From assembly GCA_963733035.1 (NCBI GenBank), contig CAVTBU010000005.1:544001-608000 (forward strand): a stretch of DNA of 64,000 bases. The letters are read 5' to 3'. The stretch is from Pirellulales bacterium. GTDB taxonomy: Bacteria; Planctomycetota; Planctomycetia; Pirellulales; PALSA-1355. Position 1 is the first letter of the stretch; each line of letters begins with the position of its first letter. Both the position numbers and the translations under genes were made by a program. A model generated the notes under the pieces. It had not been told where the DNA came from. It did not search any database and worked only from the letters and a program-made list of their open reading frames with translations. Positions 31,925-41,596 of the stretch are shown here, piece by piece.

Positions 31925-31946
31925 GGGATTACGCCTTTGTAATCCC
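31925..31946. promoter_or_regulatory. Palindromic operator GGGATTAC-N6-GTAATCCC (CzcR/CopR-type box candidate)
   Basis: 8-bp perfect inverted repeat with no T-tract, upstream of an AT-rich minus-strand promoter-like stretch (TTGCTG..TAATAAT, ~31882-31910). Confidence 0.5.
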
Positions 31947-31960
31947 CGGCGGCAGAGGTT

Positions 31961-33607
31961 TCATGGGAAACTCTCGCTCTGTAGCAGCGATGCCACTTCC
32001 GCGGCGGCCCGCCAACGGGCCTCTTGCGAGTCAATATAGGCCAGACTCGAATCCAACAGCGCCCGCTGGGAGTTCAGGTAGCGTAGGAAGTCGATTTGAC
32101 CTTCGCCGTAGAGTTTGGCCGAAATATTTTGCAATTCGACGGCACTGGGCAGGATCTGCTGTTCGTAGCGTTCGACCAACTGGCGGGCCGTTAGATATTG
32201 CCCCAGCGACATAGCCGCCTGGTTGGCCAGATCGTTTCGCACGCGGTTTAGGCCGGCCATGGCGGCGGTGAGTTCCGCCTCGGCCGCACGAATGTTCCCC
32301 CGATTTCGATTCCACAGCGGAATGACCATCTGCACTTGATAGATTGCCTGGTTCTCCGGGGCGAAGGCGCCCGGCTGTTGCTGTTGGTATCCCCCCATCA
32401 TGTTGAAGTTCGGAAAAGGCTCGACCACCTGCCGCCGGACGACGAACTGATTCCGAGAAATCTCCACTCCAGCGCGTGCCACGAGGGCGTTGCGGTCGAT
32501 GACTCCCTGCTGCACGGCGATAATTTCGTAGTCGGGCAGGGCCTGTGTCAGGTCGGCCGACACGCGGTCGATTTGCAATTCGTACAGTCCTGTCGCCGCT
32601 GCCAATTCTCGCTTGCTGGTCGCGGTCAAAATGTGAGCGTTTCGTAGTTCGGCTTCCGCCCGCGATAGCTCGATTTGCAACAGTAGCACGTCGCCCCGCG
32701 CACCGATGCCGGCCTTGAAGAGTTTCTCGCTGACCTCGTGGGAAGTGCGAGCGATATTGACCATCGAATCCAGGATTCGTACGCGCTGCTGCATTGCCAG
32801 CACCGTGTAAAAACGCTGGCGAACCGCCGTCAGAACGTCAAACCGCGCCCGCACCAGCGAGAGCTCCGCCGCTCGAGCGGCCCGCTCGGCCGCGGCAGTG
32901 TCCAGGCGGATCTTCCCCTTGGTGACGTAGTCTTGAACGATGTACGTATTGTATTGCGATTGATTGCCGGCCAATTGCGGCGATGCGCCGCCGAACGTGG
33001 GATTCGGATAACGGCTAGCTTGGAACGCACGCCCCTGTGCCGCCACAACCTGCGCCTGCGCCTCGCGCAGCACCGGGCTGTTTTCGAGTGCGATCTGGGT
33101 GACTTGATCAAGTGTCATTCCAACTCCGGCTTCGGCCAGCCCCGGTGGAATCGCCTCCAGATTCAGTAGCGCCTTCTCGTCGGCCGGGCTCATTTGGCCC
33201 CTCTCATCGGCTGGGCCCGTCTGTTCGGCTGGACCCTTCTGTGCCGATGCTTGCACGACCGGATATTTTGGCGAGGTCTCGGTGCGCGATGTGCGATTCG
33301 CCAGCGGCGACAGGCGCCCAGGCGATACCGGCGGTAGCCGCTCCGGACGTCTGGATAGCAACTGCGGAGGGCCGCCGGGCATTTGTGCCTTGGGTGGGAA
33401 ATCCGCCAATGACGGTGCCCCCAAATGCAAAGCAAGAAACAAGGCCACCGACACCGAGACGGCGGGCACCCATTCGTCGAGTAGCTCTTTGGACCGCAAC
33501 ACGATTTTCAACTCAGGTTGCTCACGGATCGCCACGGCGGTTTCGACGGCGCACAGCGTATGCGCCGACCCGCGGGTTCTAGGGGTTAAAATCGTTGCAA
33601 CCAGCAC
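31961..33607 (-). CDS. TolC/CzcC family outer membrane efflux protein
   Basis: ALENSP.L, QASRYPNP, IPLWNRNRGNI, YEQQILP, YGEGQIDFL; start uncertain. Confidence 0.85.
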   Translation of the reverse strand: MLVATILTPRTRGSAHTLCAVETAVAIREQPELKIVLRSKELLDEWVPAVSVSVALFLALHLGAPSLADFPPKAQMPGGPPQLLSRRPERLPPVSPGRLSPLANRTSRTETSPKYPVVQASAQKGPAEQTGPADERGQMSPADEKALLNLEAIPPGLAEAGVGMTLDQVTQIALENSPVLREAQAQVVAAQGRAFQASRYPNPTFGGASPQLAGNQSQYNTYIVQDYVTKGKIRLDTAAAERAARAAELSLVRARFDVLTAVRQRFYTVLAMQQRVRILDSMVNIARTSHEVSEKLFKAGIGARGDVLLLQIELSRAEAELRNAHILTATSKRELAAATGLYELQIDRVSADLTQALPDYEIIAVQQGVIDRNALVARAGVEISRNQFVVRRQVVEPFPNFNMMGGYQQQQPGAFAPENQAIYQVQMVIPLWNRNRGNIRAAEAELTAAMAGLNRVRNDLANQAAMSLGQYLTARQLVERYEQQILPSAVELQNISAKLYGEGQIDFLRYLNSQRALLDSSLAYIDSQEARWRAAAEVASLLQSESFP

Positions 33608-33740
33608 AACTGGATCAGCGATTCATCTTGGCGCGGCAAATATTTGCCAGAACTCGCAAACCTCCCCCCATGCCCGATGGAGCGGAATGACGCGCTCGCC
33701 CGGCTGTCCGTGAGACGCTAGCTGACGTATGGTAAGGGGT

Positions 33741-34169
33741 GAGATTCGGAGCGGACTGGGCGGTCGCTCGGCGCGCGCCGGCTTTGGCGGGCGCACACCG
33801 GGAGGAAAGTCCGGGCTCCACAGGACGGGGTGGTGGGTAACACCCACCGGCCGCGAGGCCCGGGAAAGTGCAACAGAAAGTAAACCGCCGGTCGGGGCTT
33901 GGCCCTGGCCAGTAAGGGTGAAACGGTGAGGTAAGAGCTCACCAGCAGGCTGGGTGACCAGCCTGGCTAGGCAAACCCCACCCGGAGCAAGGCCAAACAG
34001 AGAGGATCGAGGGAAACCTCGAGCGGACTGGTCCGGTCCGCCACCACACTCGGGTAGGCCGCTAGAGTCGCCGAGCAATCGGCGTCCCAGAGAAATGGCC
34101 GCTCCCCTGCGGCAGCCCATGGCTGCCGCAGGGGAACAGAACCCGGCTTACAGGTTCGCTCCGAATCTC
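33741..34169 (+). ncRNA. rnpB: RNase P RNA, bacterial type A
   Basis: GAGGAAAGTCCGGGCTCC, GAAAGTGCAACAGAAA, GGTGAAACGGTGAGGTAAGAGCTCACC, GGCAAACCCCACCCGGAGCAAG, AACAGAACCCGGCTTA; ends pair as P1 (GAGATTCGGAGCG/CGCTCCGAATCTC). Confidence 0.97.
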
Positions 34170-34198
34170 TTCTATTTCGCCCTTTCCAACAAGTCGCC

Positions 34199-34605
34199 CT
34201 ATGCTGCGGGCTCTTGCGAAACTGCCAACTCCGCCGGCACCAGGTCGTCGCCGATCACCTGTAGCAGCTTGGAAATGCACAGCTTGTTCATGCTAGTGTG
34301 ACGCTCGTGCGCTTCCGACTTGAGCGACTCGTGCAGGCTCTTGGGCAACCTTACGGTGATGACTCGGGTCGGCTCGCGTGGTCCCCCCGGCAAGTCCGCG
34401 TCGCTCTCGCGAAGCTTGGCCAGCATTTGCTGGATCCGCTGATACTCGTCGGTCTGCTCAAACTGGGCAAGCGCCTCAGGCGATTGATACATCTGGCGGA
34501 CGATTCCATCCACGCCCAATACTTCGCGGAAGAACGTGACCCAGCTCGGTCGCTGCTGGTAAATCTCGTCCGCCGCGCAAAGACATCTTGTCGTTGCTCG
34601 CTCAT
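34199..34605 (-). CDS. HicB-like/ribbon-helix-helix protein; frameshift ~34577
   Basis: GGAG RBS; joined frames give MSEQRQDV..ADEIYQQRPSWVTFFREVLGVDG..VITVRLPKSLHESLKSEAHERHTSMNKLC (RHH pattern). Confidence 0.75.
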
Positions 34606-34868
34606 ACTCAATCTCCTGAAACGTGTGAAACGGGAGGACCGGTCAACGGTGGTCCTCGTCGCTTGTATCGTTAGAGCCGAGCAAGGGGCAGCACGGATGT
34701 CATTTCTTTGATAGCACTTGCGTCAATTTCCCGGAATCGCCCAAAGGCCATGCACCCGTGCCCACGAATTGCGCAGGGGCGATGTGCCTAAAAACCAGGC
34801 AGTCTGCATTTTCACATTTACCAAGTGTCCTCTGTTTGCGAGTTGAAGAAATTGCGAAAAACAACCGG

Positions 34869-34903
34869 CTAGCAGCTATCAGCCAGCACTTATCACTTAG
34901 CAC
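34869..34903. repeat. Degenerate heptamer tandem repeat (5 units)
   Basis: CTAGCAG CTATCAG CCAGCAC TTATCAC TTAGCAC. Confidence 0.5.
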
Positions 34904-34905
34904 GC

Positions 34906-34948
34906 AAAAAAAGGCGACCTCTCACACTCTGGGTGAAAGACCGCCTTT
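34906..34948 (-). terminator. Intrinsic terminator of the sugar isomerase gene
   Basis: Minus strand AAAGGCGGTCTTTCAC..GTGAGAGGTCGCCTTTTTTT. Confidence 0.75.
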
Positions 34949-34964
34949 AAGTTGGGTCGCAAAT

Positions 34965-35876
34965 CTAGGAAAGCTTCTCGCGTACCTTTTCCAACAACTT
35001 CCGGGTGGCCAGGATCCCCAGGGGCTCAGAGAGCTTCGAGCCCTCGTATTCGATCCCAACATAGCCATGATACCCGGCATCGAGCACGATCTTGATCATC
35101 CGCTCGTAGTCGGTCTCAATGTGCTCGCCGTCTTCGCGAAAGTTCTTGCTCTTGGCACTCACCCCCTTGGCATAGGGCATCAGCTCGGCGACGCCCTTGT
35201 AAGGGTCGTATTCACCAAAATTACCGAAGTCCGGCAAAGTTCCGCAATTACCTTTTTTGACTGATTCAATTACTCCCGCTAACCACTCGCCGTTCGATGA
35301 AAGCCCGCCGTGGTTCTCAACGATGATGTTGATCCCCGGGCCGCTGGCAAATTCACAGAGACGACTGAGACCATCGGTCACGAGCTTGGCTTGTTCCTGG
35401 GGCGAACCCTTCGAGTGGGCATTCACCCGGATCGAATGGCAACCAAGGAACTTGGCCGCGTCGACCCACTTGTAGTGGTTCTCGATGGCCTTGGTCCTCC
35501 GAGCGTCGTCTGGGTCCCCCAAATTACCTTCACCGTCAATCATGATCAGGACGTTGGTGACTCCAAAATCCTCAGCCCTGGTCTTCATGTCGCGAAGGTA
35601 TTTCATGTCCTTGGCCTTGGTGGCGAAGAACTGGTTCACATACTCCACTGCGTCGATGCCATATTCGTCTTTGGCCGCTTTGGCGAAGTCCAGGTTGTCC
35701 ATTTTGCCGCTAAAGAGGGTCTTGTGGAGCGACCACTCGGCCAGCGAGATCTTGAATAGAGGTTCTTTTTCGGCCGCATCTGCCGGCAAAGCCAGCGAAG
35801 CCAAGCCCAGGCCCGCCACGCCAGCGGCCGATTGTCCAAGAAACGAACGACGGTCAACAATTGATTTGGTGGTCAT
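34965..35876 (-). CDS. Sugar phosphate isomerase/epimerase (xylose isomerase-like TIM barrel), Tat-exported
   Basis: DRRSFL Tat motif; [29 protein letters not shown]. Confidence 0.88.
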   Translation of the reverse strand: MTTKSIVDRRSFLGQSAAGVAGLGLASLALPADAAEKEPLFKISLAEWSLHKTLFSGKMDNLDFAKAAKDEYGIDAVEYVNQFFATKAKDMKYLRDMKTRAEDFGVTNVLIMIDGEGNLGDPDDARRTKAIENHYKWVDAAKFLGCHSIRVNAHSKGSPQEQAKLVTDGLSRLCEFASGPGINIIVENHGGLSSNGEWLAGVIESVKKGNCGTLPDFGNFGEYDPYKGVAELMPYAKGVSAKSKNFREDGEHIETDYERMIKIVLDAGYHGYVGIEYEGSKLSEPLGILATRKLLEKVREKLS

Positions 35877-36086
35877 AGGAAAGCTTCACGCCAGAGGGTG
35901 GGAATTCGACAGAGCGCCACGGGGCGCACAAGCGGCTCAAGAGACGGCGGCCGCGGGCACTTCGTGAAATGTACCCCACCAGACTCGGAAAGCAATCACC
36001 GGGCACTTCGGCAGTCCCGCCCCGGCTGCGCGGCGAATTTGGCAAGAAACTCGCCCTAAGTGCAAGCGGGAATAACTGTTACTCGT

Positions 36087-36116
36087 TTGACGCCAAAGCG
36101 GCTCAGTAGTTACAAT
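36087..36116 (+). promoter_or_regulatory. Sigma70-type promoter upstream of the kinase gene
   Basis: TTGACG-N18-TACAAT. Confidence 0.55.
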
Positions 36117-36337
36117 CGTAGTTGCTGCGGACGGACATTCCTGAGGAAGGCGGGCTGTTTTTCCAGGCGGACGTTCGTCCGAGTGGCTCGCCAGCAAAGT
36201 TCCGGCGCGGTGTTTCACTTCGGCTGCATGACAACTCGTCGTTCGTCTTGGTCGCCAGGATCGGTTCTTGCCTGTCCGGCGATTCATCAAGCGAACCGGT
36301 GCGAACCAGTTGCCTGCGGCCGCCTAAGAGCGTCTTG

Positions 36338-39193
36338 ATGAGCGAAACTTCCAGCCACAAACCCGTTCCGCAGCCAACCGGTTCCAGCGTACCGTCGTCG
36401 GCCGGACCTTCGAGTTCCGCGCGAGGGCTGTTTTCCGACGGACAGCAAACGGTGATCTCCACTCGTCCGCCCGTTCCCAGTCTCAATCCGACGGGCGCCG
36501 TACCGACCGAATCGGCCCGCCTTTGGGAAGGGGAACAACTCGGGCAATTCGTGCTGCAGAAATTCGTCGGCGGCGGCGGCATGGGTATCGTCTTCCGCGC
36601 GCTCGACACCACGCTCGACCGCGAAGTCGCCGTCAAGGTGCTGTCTCGCGACCAGTCGGCGGACGAGGAAACGCTGCGCCGCTTTCGCAACGAAGCTCAA
36701 TCGGCGGCGCGCCTCAATCACGACAATATTGCCCACGTCTTCTACGTCGGCGAAGACCGCGGCGTGCACTATATCGTCTTCGAGTTCATCGATGGCGTGA
36801 ACATTCGCGACCTGGTCGAGCAACAGGGGCCGCTGCCACTCAATCAGGCTCTCAGTTATACGTATCAAATTGCGCTGGCGCTTGACCATGCCAGCCAACG
36901 TTCGGTCATTCATCGAGACATCAAACCTTCGAACGTGCTGGTGACCCCTGACGGCAAGGCCAAACTCGTGGATATGGGCCTCGCGCGGTTGAACCTCATG
37001 GCGCACGCCACGAACGACCTGACAGCCAGTGGTGTGACGCTGGGCACGTTCGACTATATCTCTCCAGAACAGGCTCGGGATCCTCGCAGTGCGGACGTCC
37101 GTAGCGACCTCTACTCGCTGGGATGCTCGTTCTACTTCATGCTCACAGGCCGGCCGCCATTTCCCGAGGGGACCGTTCTCCAGAAACTCCTCCAACACCA
37201 GGCCGACGTGCCTCCGGATCCGCGGAGCCTCCGTCCGGAACTACCTTCGCAAGTCACCAGAATCCTGGCCCACCTGTTAGCCAAGAATCCCAACGAACGC
37301 TTTCAGCAGCCCGCCGAACTGCTCGAAGAACTTTCGGTACTGGGGCATTCGCTGGGCCTGCAATTGGGCGAATCGCCCCCCGCGCGCATCGCGCCCAAAC
37401 CCGCCACTCCGCCGGGACGCTGGCGAACGCACGTTCCGTGGGTCGTGCCATTGGCCGCCTTGTTCCTGATTGTGTTCGCACTCGATCTTTACTGGTCAGC
37501 CAGCGACCGGGCCGCGATGGAGCTGAGTTCCAAGCCCAAATCGGACCGACCGTTGGAGAGCGCACCCGTCTTAAAGCATCCCGAGGTCGTTTTCCCGACC
37601 GACGCAGCCTCGAAAAGCGAAGCCGATCCAACATCGCCGTCGACCACGAGGGAACCAATCGCTCCATCCCCCAGCGAGATTCCCTTTCGCAACAAGCCCG
37701 CGATGCCCTTGGAGGCGAGTCCTCCCGTGGAGGAAGCCGAGACGCCCTCCACGCAAGCGGGCGGGCTTGGCCAGGGGCTGGGCGAATTACTCGGTTCGAT
37801 TGGTGGCAGTTTGGAAGTGTACCAACAGTTGGCGCGCAAGTCGGAAATGAGGGCCGCCAGTGCCAAACAGTCGCCGGGCTCCAGCACGAGTGACGAAGTC
37901 GACCTGGCGGGCACCCTGCCGGATGCGTCGGTTTCGACTGCCGACGAGACGTCGACTTCGACCGGCCGCGTGTTGACTGTCGGCGACGAGACGGCTGCAC
38001 GTAACTACACAAGCCTGTTGGCCGCATGCAGTGCCGCCACGGATGGCGATACGATCGAACTACGCTATAGCGGCCGACGCATCGAGCGACCGCTCGCAAT
38101 TTCGAACATCCATCTCACTGTCCAGGCCGGCGTCGGGTTTCATCCGATCGTGGTGTTCGCGCCCGAGGCGGACAAAGCCTTTCCGATCAGGCAAATGGTG
38201 AGTGTTTCCGGCGGTCAACTCTCGGTTCGAAACGTGCACTGGGAGTTCGATCTACCCGCCAATTCGCCGGTCGAGCGTTCTCTGTTCGAGTTGCAGCATT
38301 GCGAACTGCTCGATTTTGAAAACTGCACGTTTACCGTCCGCGGTCATCCGCCGTATTACGCGGGCGTGGCGTTTTTTGAAATCAAGGCCACGCCCGGCTC
38401 CGGAAACATGGGCATGGGCGTGGGCGCGATGGACGGCCACGTGGTGAACATCAGCCTCACAAACTGCGTGGCGCACGGCGAAGCAACCTTGCTCCGCGAT
38501 GCCGACCTGCAGTCGGTGCGATTGACCTGGAACGACGGCCTGTTGGCCACCAGCGAACGATTGATTGTAACAGAGGGCAACTCCATACAGCCGCCCCTGG
38601 AACCCCAGGCGGAAGTCATTTTGCGGCACGTGACAGCCGTCACCGGAAGTGGGCTGGTGCTGATGACCAACAGCCAGGAAGAGCCGCATCAGATGGTCGT
38701 TAACCTGCACTGCGATGATTGCATTCTCGCCACGCGCGGCTCTAGCGCGGTTGTCGAACAACGTGGATCGGCCAGCATCGATGAGTTTCTCGCGCGATTC
38801 CAATGGACTGGCGACAATGATTACTTTCGTGGCTACAAAACGTTTTGGCAGATCATGAATTCGGCCGGTCTGAACGGTTCGAAACAATTTGACTTTGACG
38901 AGTGGAAAGAGCATTGGCGATTCAGCAGTCAGGATCAATTCGCCGGCGATGACGCCGTGGTATGGGCCACGCCGCCGTCGAGTAGCCGTCCGTACCACAC
39001 GCACCTGGCTTCGGACTACGTGCTTTCGGCCAGCGCATCGGTTGGCGAACACACGGCCTTGGCCGGCGCAATCGATGGTTCGGACGCCGGCGCACGGCTG
39101 CCTTACCTTCCGGCGGTGCCGGCAAAACCGACGGCAGCAAGCGCCGCCGACCGGTCGAATCTGCCGGATAGCAGATCGCCGGATCAAAACTAG
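36338..39193 (+). CDS. Membrane Ser/Thr protein kinase with extracytoplasmic beta-helix-like domain
   Basis: GGGGMG, VAVK, HRDIKPSN, DMG, SPEQ, DLYSLG; one TM; Pro-rich linker; C-terminal pectin-lyase-like pattern. Confidence 0.92.
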   Translation: MSETSSHKPVPQPTGSSVPSSAGPSSSARGLFSDGQQTVISTRPPVPSLNPTGAVPTESARLWEGEQLGQFVLQKFVGGGGMGIVFRALDTTLDREVAVKVLSRDQSADEETLRRFRNEAQSAARLNHDNIAHVFYVGEDRGVHYIVFEFIDGVNIRDLVEQQGPLPLNQALSYTYQIALALDHASQRSVIHRDIKPSNVLVTPDGKAKLVDMGLARLNLMAHATNDLTASGVTLGTFDYISPEQARDPRSADVRSDLYSLGCSFYFMLTGRPPFPEGTVLQKLLQHQADVPPDPRSLRPELPSQVTRILAHLLAKNPNERFQQPAELLEELSVLGHSLGLQLGESPPARIAPKPATPPGRWRTHVPWVVPLAALFLIVFALDLYWSASDRAAMELSSKPKSDRPLESAPVLKHPEVVFPTDAASKSEADPTSPSTTREPIAPSPSEIPFRNKPAMPLEASPPVEEAETPSTQAGGLGQGLGELLGSIGGSLEVYQQLARKSEMRAASAKQSPGSSTSDEVDLAGTLPDASVSTADETSTSTGRVLTVGDETAARNYTSLLAACSAATDGDTIELRYSGRRIERPLAISNIHLTVQAGVGFHPIVVFAPEADKAFPIRQMVSVSGGQLSVRNVHWEFDLPANSPVERSLFELQHCELLDFENCTFTVRGHPPYYAGVAFFEIKATPGSGNMGMGVGAMDGHVVNISLTNCVAHGEATLLRDADLQSVRLTWNDGLLATSERLIVTEGNSIQPPLEPQAEVILRHVTAVTGSGLVLMTNSQEEPHQMVVNLHCDDCILATRGSSAVVEQRGSASIDEFLARFQWTGDNDYFRGYKTFWQIMNSAGLNGSKQFDFDEWKEHWRFSSQDQFAGDDAVVWATPPSSSRPYHTHLASDYVLSASASVGEHTALAGAIDGSDAGARLPYLPAVPAKPTAASAADRSNLPDSRSPDQN

Positions 39194-39414
39194 CGCGGCC
39201 GCGCAAAGCGCGTCGACGCTAGTTTTTTGATCCCAAACCGCCGCATTAGTGAGGCGTTTGGGCGCGCTTGACACTGCCTGGGCGACCGATTCTACTGGTT
39301 CTGGTAGCGGAACCTGCCGGAGCAGCCTGCCTGAAGGAATCCTCGCGTTTCCCCCCGCCAGAATTTTGATCCCGCTACGCTGGCCTTTCGCAATTGCAAT
39401 TGAGAGAGCATTCC

Positions 39415-39831
39415 ATGAAGAACTTTTGTCTGTTGGTCTTGTTGGGTTTCGTCGCTGGCAATGTGCTAGCTCACGTCGAATCGGCCCATGCGGTACCTCC
39501 GTTCAAGAAGGAATTCGACGCCAAATACGTGAAGACCGAACCGGCCACGCCGGAAGAAGAGGCCTTGGCAGCGGCCGTGAAAGAGGCCAAATGCAACGTT
39601 TGCCACGTTGGCAAGAAGAAAAAGGATAAGAATGCTTACGGGGTTGCCCTCGGCAAGCTGCTCGACAAGAAGAAGGACGCCAAGGATGCGGCCAAGATTC
39701 AAGATGCACTGGACAAGGTCGCCGCAATGAAGGCCGATCCCAACAATGCCGACTCGCCCACCTTCGGCGAACTCATCATGCAGGGCAAGCTGCCGATTCT
39801 CGACGAGAACACGCAGGCCGCCGCGGAATAA
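39415..39831 (+). CDS. Small secreted CxxCH (cytochrome c-like) protein
   Basis: Signal peptide; CNVCH; Lys-rich. Confidence 0.75.
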   Translation: MKNFCLLVLLGFVAGNVLAHVESAHAVPPFKKEFDAKYVKTEPATPEEEALAAAVKEAKCNVCHVGKKKKDKNAYGVALGKLLDKKKDAKDAAKIQDALDKVAAMKADPNNADSPTFGELIMQGKLPILDENTQAAAE

Positions 39832-39861
39832 CTTCCGCGTTGCCGACTGACGACGACTCAG

Positions 39862-39897
39862 AAAAGCCGGACCCCGAATGGGGTCCGGTTTTTTTTT
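39862..39897 (+). terminator. Intrinsic terminator
   Basis: GCCGGACCCC-GAAT-GGGGTCCGGT followed by a T-run. Confidence 0.9.
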
Positions 39898-40044
39898 GCG
39901 GCCAGCGAAAGGGAGTAGGCCGTTCAGCGTGTGTTTGGCGATTCGATATCGGCGATCGGCCGATCTGCGGATAGGGGACAATTCTCTGGCCGTAGGGTAT
40001 GATTCGAGTCCGTTCCCGGTTGCTCACGACCGATATCGATCCGA

Positions 40045-41415
40045 ATGCAAACTCGTCTCCTCTATCTCTGGGAATCGCTTCGCACGTCCTACTGGTTCGT
40101 TCCCTCGCTGCTGAGTCTCGCGTCGGCCGGGCTTGCCGTTGGAATGGTATTGATCGATCGCCGCATTCAACAGGAACCGATCTCGACCAGCGTGTGGTGG
40201 GGCTATGGCGGTGGTCCCGCGGGAGCCCGGGCAGTGATGTCCACGATTGCCGGCTCGATGATCACCGTGGCCGGCGTTGTTTTTTCGATCACGATTGTCG
40301 CCTTGTCATTGGCTTCAGGCCAATTTGGACCGCGGCTGCTCCGTAATTTTATTCGCGACCGCAGCAATCAGTTTGTCCTCGGTACGTTTACCGGGACCTA
40401 CATCTACTGCCTACTGGTTCTCCGCACGATTCACGGTACGGACGGATCGAATTTCGTTCCCGGCGCGGCCGTGGCCGTCGGCATTCTGTTGGCCCTGGCT
40501 AGCCTGGGAGTCATGATCTATTTCATTCATCACGTAGCCATTACCATTCAAGCCAATCAAGTCATCGCGGCTGTCAGCCATGAAATGCGAGAGACAATCG
40601 ATCGGCTCTGGCCCGAAGTATTGGGAGCTTCGCCAGAAGCCGCTACGGGAGACGGCAAAGCCGATCTGCCAGACGACTTTGATCGCATCGCGGCTACCGT
40701 CCCCTCGCAAGGTTACGGCTATATCGCCGCTATCGAAGAAGAAACGCTGCTAAAAGTTGCTCACGACCGCGACCTGGTCTTACGGCTGCTGCAAAGGCCC
40801 GGAAATTTTGTCATTGAAGGGTCCCCACTTGCCTTGGTCGCACCGGCCGACACGCTCGACGACGAACTCGTACAGAAGCTGAACCGGGTTTTTCTCTTCG
40901 AACTGCAACGCACCCCGTATCAAGACGTGGAGTTTACCGTTGATCAATTGGTCGAAGTCGCGGTTCGAGCGCTTTCGCCGGGGATCAACGACCCGTTTAC
41001 GGCGATCCTCTGTCTCGACTGGCTCGCCGAGGCATTGGGGCGTTTGGCTGGTCGGTCGATGCCGTCCCCCTATCACTACGACAAGGAGGGAAAGTTGCGC
41101 GTCGTGACCCGTAGTGTTTCGTTTGCCGACGTGGTCGATGCCGCCTTCAACCAGATCCGACAGTACGGCAGCACGAGTGCCGCCGTCATGATTCGCATGT
41201 TTGATTCGCTGGCAAGTGTATGCCATGTCGCCAAACGTTCCGATGACCGTGCAGCCTTGGCGCGACACGCCCACCTCGTCCGGCAAGCCTGCGATCGCGA
41301 CTTGCCGGAGCCGTCCGACCGAATGGACGCCGAACTTCGTTACGCGCGGGTTATGAAAATCCTCGGGGAACCGACGGAGGAGAAAGAGGACCAGGCATCG
41401 GACGACCCCGAGTAA
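40045..41415 (+). CDS. DUF2254 membrane protein
   Basis: SYWFVP, LASGQFGPRLL, AVRALSPGINDPFTA. Confidence 0.88.
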   Translation: MQTRLLYLWESLRTSYWFVPSLLSLASAGLAVGMVLIDRRIQQEPISTSVWWGYGGGPAGARAVMSTIAGSMITVAGVVFSITIVALSLASGQFGPRLLRNFIRDRSNQFVLGTFTGTYIYCLLVLRTIHGTDGSNFVPGAAVAVGILLALASLGVMIYFIHHVAITIQANQVIAAVSHEMRETIDRLWPEVLGASPEAATGDGKADLPDDFDRIAATVPSQGYGYIAAIEEETLLKVAHDRDLVLRLLQRPGNFVIEGSPLALVAPADTLDDELVQKLNRVFLFELQRTPYQDVEFTVDQLVEVAVRALSPGINDPFTAILCLDWLAEALGRLAGRSMPSPYHYDKEGKLRVVTRSVSFADVVDAAFNQIRQYGSTSAAVMIRMFDSLASVCHVAKRSDDRAALARHAHLVRQACDRDLPEPSDRMDAELRYARVMKILGEPTEEKEDQASDDPE

Positions 41416-41596
41416 CGCGGCCGCCAAGACGTGGTGGCAATCACTGCTACCACGACGAGCTAGCAGTTCTCCTTTTTGGGGATCGATCCGCCGAACCGGA
41501 TCAAGCCTCACGGTCGCACCAGCCGAATTAAGTTTCTACGCCGCGCTACCGCCGTGCGCCATGCGGCTGTGCATATGCAACGAGGAAATCCACAAG

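Noticed and set aside
33623..34301. ORFs overlapping rnpB
   Set aside because: Shadow ORFs over a structural RNA
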